This document shows, one piece after another, positions 56,085 to 64,000 of a stretch of 64,000 bases of DNA. Source of the stretch: Blastocladiella emersonii ATCC 22665 (lineage: Eukaryota > Fungi > Blastocladiomycota); NCBI GenBank assembly GCA_025594325.1, contig JANHCV010000004.1, forward strand, positions 434,001 through 498,000. Direction: 5' to 3'. The notes under the pieces were generated by a model that searched no databases, was not told the origin of the DNA, and saw nothing but the letters and a program-made list of their open reading frames with translations. The position numbers and the translations under genes are program-made. Positions within the stretch are counted from its first letter, which is position 1. The number at the start of each line of letters is the position of its first letter.

Positions 56085-58129
56085 CAATGTAGGTTCGCCA
56101 GCTCACGCTCCAGCTTCGCTCAGGGACCACGAGAGAGAGATAGGAGGAACAAAATGTATTGATCATCAGGCACATCGAGGGCGGGAGATGGGAGGAGGGC
56201 GACGACCGCATCATGTCGCGGCCGATTCGGGGGATCTGAAGCACACCGCACTCGGCCGCCATCGACCTGCGAGCCGACGCGTGCACGCGGCCGTGACCTT
56301 GGGGACCCTTGGGGATGAGCTTGAGGTACTTGGGCTTGGCCACGGTGGCGATGCGGTCGATTCCCAACTGTACAGCTGCAGCGCTTGGGAGATGCGCGCT
56401 TGGGTACAGCATCATCAGCGCTACGAGGAAGATGCAAGTGAGTGACTGTCGTGGATGAGCAAAAGCCGCGGGGCGCGTACCGTGACCATGGCCGTGGCCT
56501 GCTAGAAAACGTGTGTCTTGTCGCGGTTGACCTTGCGCGCGCGAGCGAGTTCACGCGGAAGCCGACTACACGGTGCAGGCGGGGCGCGACGAGTCAGAGA
56601 CAAGCCGCGTGGGAGACCTGGTGAGAGGTGTGCAGACCGTTGCCGCGAGAGAGATCCGGGACACGGTGGTCGGGCCGGGACTCGGCGGCGGGTGGCGGCG
56701 GCGAGGAGGACCGGACGGCGGCCGCGTGCGAGCTCGACTAGTCGATTCGAAGGAGGCCAGCGGGTGGGCGCGATGACGGTGGCCGGGCTTGGTGAGCGAG
56801 GTTCGTGCGGGCACTACACAGCGAGACGAGACGAGACGAGACGGGTCAGGATCGGCGCTCGTTGGGACGGGGCGACGAGCGAGTTGGCGACGGCGAGGGC
56901 GGCATCAACCAGCGTCAGCGGAGCACCAAGTAGGTGCGCAGACAGCGTAGTCGAGGGAGATCGAGCCGTGACGAGTGGAACGGGTAGCGCGGAGCGAGAG
57001 TGACGCGGCGAAGGGGAGCGGCGGCGGCCGTGAGGATTCGGGGAGCGACGGTTTGGCGTAGGGGGCGAGGGTACTGCGGCGGCTGGAAGGTTGCGAGCAT
57101 GATGGCGGAAGGGGGCAAGCGGAGGAGCGAGCGTGGGGCGAGCGAGAGGCGGCGGACCAGAGGCACGCTCACGACGCGCGCCGGTGCAGTGTGGGCCGCG
57201 CGACGGCGTCGGTGTTGCCAAGCATGTCGTTGGTGCGTGTGGTTGTGGCGAGGAGGGGGCGGCGGGCGGGGGAGAGAGCGGGGGAGAGAGCGGGGGCGGG
57301 CGGCGGCGCTCGCCCTTTGTTTGGCGGCCGGGTGGCTTGCCCGCCGCCGGGCCGCGGTGATCGCCGAAGGGCGGAGGCCACAAAACGTGACGCGCCTGTC
57401 ACTTCAAGCACGCCCGCTCCCTGTGCTTTTCGGGACTTTGCGTCGGCGCGAGTGTGCGCCCTCGCTGCTGCTGCTGCGAGACCAGCCGCTCCTCTCTGTG
57501 ACGGTCCCCTCGAGCTGACCTCGCCCTGCGCTACGCGCCGCCTCCGCTCCGTCACGTTCCAGCCGGGCGCCCGGCGCTCCTCTCAGCTGCTCACCGTCGC
57601 GGTGGCGAGCGAGCGCGGGTCGCGAACAGCCGCGCCCCAACTGCGCGCCGTCTCGGCCCGCGATGCGCCGCTCCTTGATCGGGCAAGCCGTCGGGCTCGC
57701 ATGCTGAGCGCGGGGAGCCCGGGGCCGCGAGCGTCGATCGTGAGCGATCGGACGCCGTTCGGGGCGAGGTCGGCGGCGCCCGCCAGGGCCACGGCAACGT
57801 TGCATGCGGTGCCGCCGCGAACAGCGTGCTCAAGGCCGTGCCGCACGCCGCACGCCGCGCCCGCGTTGGCCAGGGCGTTGGTCTCGCGCGGGGCTGCGCG
57901 CGGGGCTGCCCGGCTGAGCGGGTCGCGAAGGACTGCTCGCGCGCGGGCGGGACGCGGGGCGGGACCAGTGTTGGCTGTCTCGCGCGCCTGGCTCGACGCC
58001 GCCGCCGTCCTGCTCAGTGCGACACGATGAGGCGAGGCGTGACGGGTCGGAGCCTCTCGGGAGCGCGCTCAGTCAAAGCTTCGAGTTGTTGCAGTGGTTA
58101 CATGATGATATATTCGCGTTAGAGCGCTG

Positions 58130-59739
58130 TGTGTGATGCGGAGGGATCGGGGAGCAGGGGTTTGAGGCGCAGGGTGGTGGGGAGGTGGCCTGCAGCCGGC
58201 GGTCCTTGGCTGCGAAGCGGCGGGGAAGCACTCAAAGGAGCGCGGCGGCCTGCAAAGCGGCGGGGGTGCCTGCAAAGCTGTGGGGAGCTGCCTGCAAAAC
58301 GGGGTGGGCGCCTGCGAGCCTGAAACGAATTTCGTGATGTGAGGACCTGAAGCGACTCGGGCAAGGCCGTGATAACGCTCAAGACGGAGTTTGGCGGAAT
58401 GGAACACAAATTCAGCTGAAGAACTTCGAGACCAAAAGGCATGCTGCCAACAAGCGCGACCACGTCCTCGTCGCCCATGGTGTGATGCTACAGTTAAGTT
58501 GCTTGAGAGTCGCTGGAAGTGCGGCGAGTAAGATCGAAAGGATGGCCTTTGTGGGAGGAAGAGCGCTGAGAGTGAGAGCTTCCAATGAGGGCGGCATCGA
58601 TGAGGCCAGCGCGCGTGCACCATGGTGGCCAAGGATCACGTTTTCGAAGCCCAAGTCAACAAGGGTAGCAGGAAAGGTCCATGGCAGGTGTCCGGAGGTC
58701 AAATTGCCGTGGCGAAGCTTGAACGACTGGAGCGACATCGGAAAGTATAGGCCAAGAGCGGCGAGCCCATCACATGTGAGTTCGGTAAGTGAAAGACTGA
58801 GCGACCGAAGCGCTGCGGGCAACAGCTGAACCAGAGTACGCGTATTATTGTTGCAAAGTGACGCCGAATGAACTTCGAGCGTGGTTAGCGTTGTGGGCAG
58901 TCCCTGAAAGAGACAGCGAAAAGCTGCGTTGGACGGGAGTCTGGGCTGGTGGACGACAAGCGAATCAAGTTGGGCCGGCCAGCTCATTGCATCGTTCTCG
59001 CCGGGATGATTGAGCCAGAGTCGGGCGAGGTAGATACGGGTGACCGAATTGGGAAGGCGTAGCGCGACAGTCGGGAAAAGTCAACCGTGCACCCATCGAT
59101 AGCAAAGGTCGTGAGCGGGCGGGGCCCGGCGGCCATGGCATCGTTGGGAGCAATAATCCCATGCGATGAGATGGGCTTGTGCTGTAGCGACAGCGTGTCC
59201 GTGGAACCCGCCGTGATGCTGGCGCACGCAGTATGCACCGCCTTGTCAACAGCCAAACCGCTTCGTAAGTTCTAGACTCGTTTTTAGGGTGCGTCGTCAG
59301 GACGTGGACTTGGCTGGCGGCTAATGGATCCCCGTACCTCGTTACCAGCTTCATCTCGGAAACGGCCTAGGGAGCAGACGGCGAGCTCGAGGAGTTTGGG
59401 ATCGCAGAGCCCGCTCGCCGCCGTGTCCCTCCAAAACTCCAAGACTCGCAGGTAGCCGGAAAATCGCGCCTCCTCGAGTTCATCGACGGAGCATTCAAGC
59501 GCAAGCCCAAGTTTGGCGCGCAGCTCAAGCACACCGAGCCGACCATACATGGTTGCCGATCTGGCTGAGAGGGTTGGAGAGCGCATGAGGATGGCGCGAT
59601 GAACGAGCGAACGAGGCCCCTGGCGCATGACGCGCGCATACTGCAAGAGACCTCGAACATCGTCGGGGTTCGGGTGGAGCTCGACGGCATACAGCAAGAT
59701 TCGCTCGACGATCGCGGGCACGTTACATGAAGCTAGCAT
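58130..59739 (-). pseudogene. F-box-like/ankyrin-like + RNI-like LRR gene 3 with several frameshifts
   Basis: MLASCNVPAIVERILLYAVE...GRLGVLEL...GYLRVLEFW is followed by LRR blocks homologous to genes 1 and 2 in shifting frames (~59068, ~58480). The 3' part is interrupted by GCCTGCAAA repeats. Confidence 0.7.
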
Positions 59740-60037
59740 GGTAAACTGACACTCGCTAGACAAGTTGCATATAGTTTCGTTGCGCATTCATGGAAGAGGA
59801 GCGGTGTGTGAGGGAGAAGGGGCGGTCGGGAAGCTCAAGCGACCTGGCCCGCTCGCCCCTCGCGACTTGCTTGGCCTGCACCTCTGCTCACAAGCGAGTT
59901 CTTCCTCCGCGCAAGGGTGCGCGTCGTTCTCTGCAAAGTGATTCCTTTAGGCTTGACAAAACAACGACAGAACACAATAGTTCAAAGACAGCAAATCTAC
60001 GGGGGCCGCCGTGGCCACGCAGGACCGCGACGACGGC

Positions 60038-63000
60038 TCATGGCCGCTTGCTTGGGCTGCCGCCGCCGAGTTGTGCGGGGGCTCGTGGCATGGGCGCGGA
60101 CCGGAGCACAATGGGTTGTGTCTGCGACTGCAATGCGCTGCTCTTCTTGCTCGAGTCGACGCCGCCCGACGTGATGACGCCGCCGAACGCGGGCGTCGAC
60201 CCCGACGACGAGCTGGACACGCCGACCACGCGGTAGCCCATGGTCGCGCGGTGCCTCCGGAACAGCTGGACGCCGATGCGGATCGCCGTCATGTACGGGA
60301 GCATGCCGAGGGCGATGGCGATGCACAGGCCCCACTCCTTGCCCGTCAGCGGGATCGTGCCCATGAAGGCGCCGGCGAACTGGACCATGAGCGTCTGGAT
60401 CACCAGGATCAGCGTGAGCATGGTCGGGAACAGCCGGTTGGCCCAGAAGCCCTTGAGAAAGTTGACCTCGAAGTCGAGCTGGCGCGCGAGCACCTCGTTG
60501 ACGACCTGCAGCAGCACGAACGTCGTGAACAGGATCGTGTGCACCCACGTCGTCTTGTCGATGGCGCTGTGCGCGGCGAGGTCGTAGTACAGCAGCGACT
60601 CGCCGGCGTACAGGATGATGAGCAGCGCAATGACCTGGTACGCGGCGATGCACGCGACGTAGCCGCGCATCGACTTGGACATGATGGGCTCGCTGCGCGC
60701 GTGCGGCCGCTCCTTGAGAATGTCGGGGCCGGGCACGTCGCTGGCGAGACCGAGCGCGCCGAGCGTGTCCATGATCAGGTTGACCCACAGGAGCTGCACG
60801 GGGTTGAGTGGCGACTCGTCCTGCGTCAGCGACCCGACAATCGTGATGATGATGGCGACCAGGTTGACGGCAAGCTGGAACTGGAGGAACTTGCGCACGG
60901 CGCTGAGCACGTTGCGGCCCCACTTGATGGACTGCACGATCGAGACAAAGTTGTCGTCGAGCAAGATGATGTCGGACGCGTTCATGGAGATCTGCGTGCC
61001 GCTGATGCCCATGGCGAACCCGACGTCCGCCTCCTTGAGCGCCGGCGCGTCGTTGGTCCCGTCGCCCGTCACGGCCACCACCTCACCCATCTCCTTGAGC
61101 AGGCTGACCAGCGTGTGCTTGTCGGCGGGACTCGACCGAGCGAGGACCTGCAGCTTCGGGATCACGGCCTTCTTCTCGGCCGTCGACAGGGCGCGGAACA
61201 CGGGGCCCTCCATGGCAACGCCGCCGTCGTCGCTGAGGATGTTGCACTCGCGCGCGATCTTGCACGCCGTGATGACGTTGTCACCCGTGACCATGCGAAC
61301 CACAATGCCGGCTTCCTGGCACGTGCGGACGGCGTCGGGGACGCTCGGGCGCACGGGGTCCTTGATGCCGACGAGGCCGACAAATACCATGTCGTGCTCG
61401 GGGTCGTCGCGCTCGCTGCGGGTGAGCGGGCGCTCAAAGTCGCGGTACGCGAGGCCGAGGGTGCGGAGCCCCTCGCCGGCCCACTTCTGGATCGTGGCGA
61501 GGATCGCGTCGCGCTCGTCGGCGCCGAGCGGGAACACGCAGCTGCCGTCGGACGCGAGCTGCGACGTGCACAGGTTGAGGACGATCTCGGACGCGCCCTT
61601 GCAGTTGAGGCGGAACAGCGGCGGGACGCCGGACCCGCCGACCGTGGTCTTGGGCTCGCACAGCGTCGACATGCGCTTGCGGTCGGACGTGAACAGGTAC
61701 TCGCCGTTCTCGACCTTGCGCGCCTGCTTGCGCACCTTGTCGTAGTCGTACCCGAGCTTCTGCGCCATGACGAGCAGGGCGCCCTCGGTCGCGCTGCCGA
61801 CAAAGGTGGGCAGCGGGTCGTTGGCCTTGTACTTGATGAAGCATGTCGAGTTGACACAGATGGTCTCGGCGAGGAACTCGCGCAGCGCCTCCGGGTACAC
61901 GCTCTCCTGGATCACGACCGAGTCGGGCTCGCCCGACCCCTCGCCGTGCATCACCGACTGCCCGAACAGCGTCTTGACGACCGTCATGCGGTTCTCGGTC
62001 AGCGTGCCCGTCTTGTCGGTGCAGATGGCCGTGGCCTCGCCCATGGTCTCGGACGCGTCGAGGTGGCGCACGAAGCACCGGTCCTTGATCATCTTGAACA
62101 TGGAGAAGGCGAGCGAGATGGTCACAGCGAGCGGGAGCCCCTCGGGGACCGCGACGACGATGACCGTGACCGAGACGTTGAAGAACTTGAGCAGCTGCGA
62201 CAGGTTGCCCGCGGGGAACCCGCCGTTCGGGTACAGCTTGACCTGCGCGACAATGAACCGGATCGTGAGCCCGACAAACGTGATGATGCCCGCGGCGAAC
62301 CCGACCTTGCCGATGAGCATGGCCACGTCGCGCAGCTTCTCCTGCAGGACCGTCTCCTGGTTCTGCGCCTCGCTGAGCAGCGTCTGGATCTTGCCGCCCG
62401 ACGACCGCGCGCCGACCGACGTCACGAGCATGAGCCCCGTGCCCTCGCTGACCTGGCACCCGGAGAACATGAAGGGCGACTTGGCCGACTTCTTGACGGG
62501 TATGCTCTCGCCCGTGAGCGGCGATTCGTCGACCACGAGCCGGTTGCCGCGGACGAAGATGCCGTCGGCGGGGACCTCGTCGCCGACCACGAGCTCGACC
62601 AGGTCGCCGACGAGCACGTCCCACGAGGACACCTGGTCCTTCTTGCCGCCGCGGATCACCTTGGTCTTCTTGTCGGACTGCAGCAGCAACAGCTTCTTGA
62701 ACTTCTTGTCCTTGGAGTAGTCATTGCCGGCCGTGACGGTCAGCACGATGATGACGGCGCACAGGATCGCGAGCCCCTCGATCCACCCGTCGTGCTGGAT
62801 GAAGCCGATGATGAGCGTCACGGCGGCACTGGCGATCAGGATCTTGATGATCGGGTCCTCCTTGATGGTGCCCCACACGATCCCGAGGATGGTCTCGCTC
62901 GGTGGCGGCGGGATCAGGTTGATGCCGAACCGGTCCTGCCGCACGACCGCGTCGGCCACCTCCATGGCTACACACACACGCGCGCGCGGAGAGAGACGAG

Positions 63001-63423
63001 TCAGCTTGCGCGCGTCGCTTCCGCGGGGCCGCGCGACGACGTACATCCGGGAGCCGTGACCGTGAGCCCGTTCGTCGTGCTGGTGCGGAGAAAGTAGGCG
63101 AGCCCGTCGGCGCCGCCGTACTTGGCGTTGAGGAGCTTGGTCTGCTCGGGGTTCGACCGCTCGTCAAAGTTGACGACGGTGCCGAGCTGGTCCGACGTGA
63201 TGGCGAAGTCGTCGGGCGACATGGCCGGCCCGCCGCCGGGCTGCGACAAGGAGCCGCCGCCCATGGCGGACGAGTCGCCGTCCATGCGCGGTGCGGCCCA
63301 CGGTCCCGTCGGCGTCGACGAGAGCGGCGGGAGGTGGTTGGAGGGGGCGGAACCGGTGCCGCCGAACGAGGACCCGGGTGGCGGCGACGCGGTGGACCCG
63401 TGTGGCGAGACGCCAGAGTACAT
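60038..63423 (-). CDS. PMC1: P2B-type Ca2+-ATPase (PMCA/Pmc1), ~1102 aa; exons 63423-63045 and 62967-60038
   Basis: DESPLTGES, VAVPEGLPLA, ICTDKTGTLT, KGASE, DPVRP, MVTGDN, LARSSP.DK, VTGDGTNDAPALK, QFQLAVN and QLLWVNLIMDT. A 77-nt intron keeps the frame. Confidence 0.96.
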
Positions 63424-64000
63424 GGTGGTGGCGGAGATGGCACGGTGGCCGAGGCGCTAGTGGTAGTACGCTCGCGGCCGGGGCGCGTAGGGCAGCTACA
63501 CGCGTGGGCGGCGGTCAGGGGTTTCGGCGGAGCGCGGGTCGGGAAGGAGAGCTAAGCGCACAATGTGGGTGCGTGCGCGGCGGTGTCGAGTCGAACACTA
63601 GCGTCGGATGCTCGCCCGACCAGCAGCAGACGAGCGCGGGTCGAGTTGGTGTAGCGTCGCGTGTTCGGTCGTCGCGCGAGTCGGCGGCGGATGCATGCGA
63701 GTCCGTGGCACGCGATTCCGAGGGGGATCGCGGCGCGCGCGCGAGATGGGTGCGCGAGCGGGCGTGCGCGAGCGGCGGCGGCTGGGATAAGGGGGAGTGC
63801 TTCGTCCGCTGCTCTGCCTCGCAGTGAGTAAGCAAGTTGTGCAGGATCGGGACAGTCTGGCTGATTCGCGCGCGCGAGGAAGCGGGCGTCTCAGAAGCGG
63901 GTGGAGAGGTGCGGCGACGGGTCGAGGGGGGAGACAAAAGCGGACGTCCCGTGCGGACCGACGCGTCGCAACGTGAGCCGCGATTGCGGATAGCGACTCC

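Noticed and set aside
1664-56501. Recurrent GTGACCATGGCCGTGG / CCATGGCCGTG motif at ~1664, ~10993, ~11276 and ~56486
   Set aside because: Short and GC-rich, with no extended flanking similarity; not distinguishable from chance by eye.
37367-63097. Very long antisense ORFs (e.g. 37367..39790, 60011..63097, 51462..52766)
   Set aside because: They are shadows of GC3-biased real genes on the opposite strand.

Overview
Eukaryotic, GC-rich, intron-containing DNA, most likely from an early-diverging zoosporic fungus (Blastocladiomycota-like). This is an inference from chitin synthase co-occurring with a Slo-type K+ channel, DDAH, a CYLD-like USP and an F-box/ankyrin-like+LRR family, plus short introns with GTACGY donors. 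About 25 protein-coding loci can be modelled by hand: chitin synthase 3' end, hotdog thioesterase, two paralogous C2H2 zinc-finger genes, BK-like channel, a duplicated mitochondrial-carrier-fold gene, RanBPM, a B-box/UPF0652-like gene, a LEA2-like gene, an alpha/beta hydrolase, MED14, DDAH, three LAPTM-like paralogs, a LolD-like ABC ATPase, a USP, MAT1, cyclophilin, CaMK, three broken LRR genes and a PMCA-type pump. Highlights: (1) a U14 box C/D snoRNA with all diagnostic elements spread over 562 nt (about 4-6x normal) and possibly containing its own spliceosomal intron, followed by a U18 homolog in the same non-coding locus; (2) a 14.2-kb structure in which two apparently identical 2,790-bp inverted repeats flank an 8.7-kb segment; (3) a divergent pair of C2H2 transcription-factor paralogs sharing three intron positions and an unrecognised N-terminal domain; (4) several smaller foldback/MITE-like elements and two small gene families in decay. 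All gene models and family calls come from manual reading and recalled motifs; no database searches were run.
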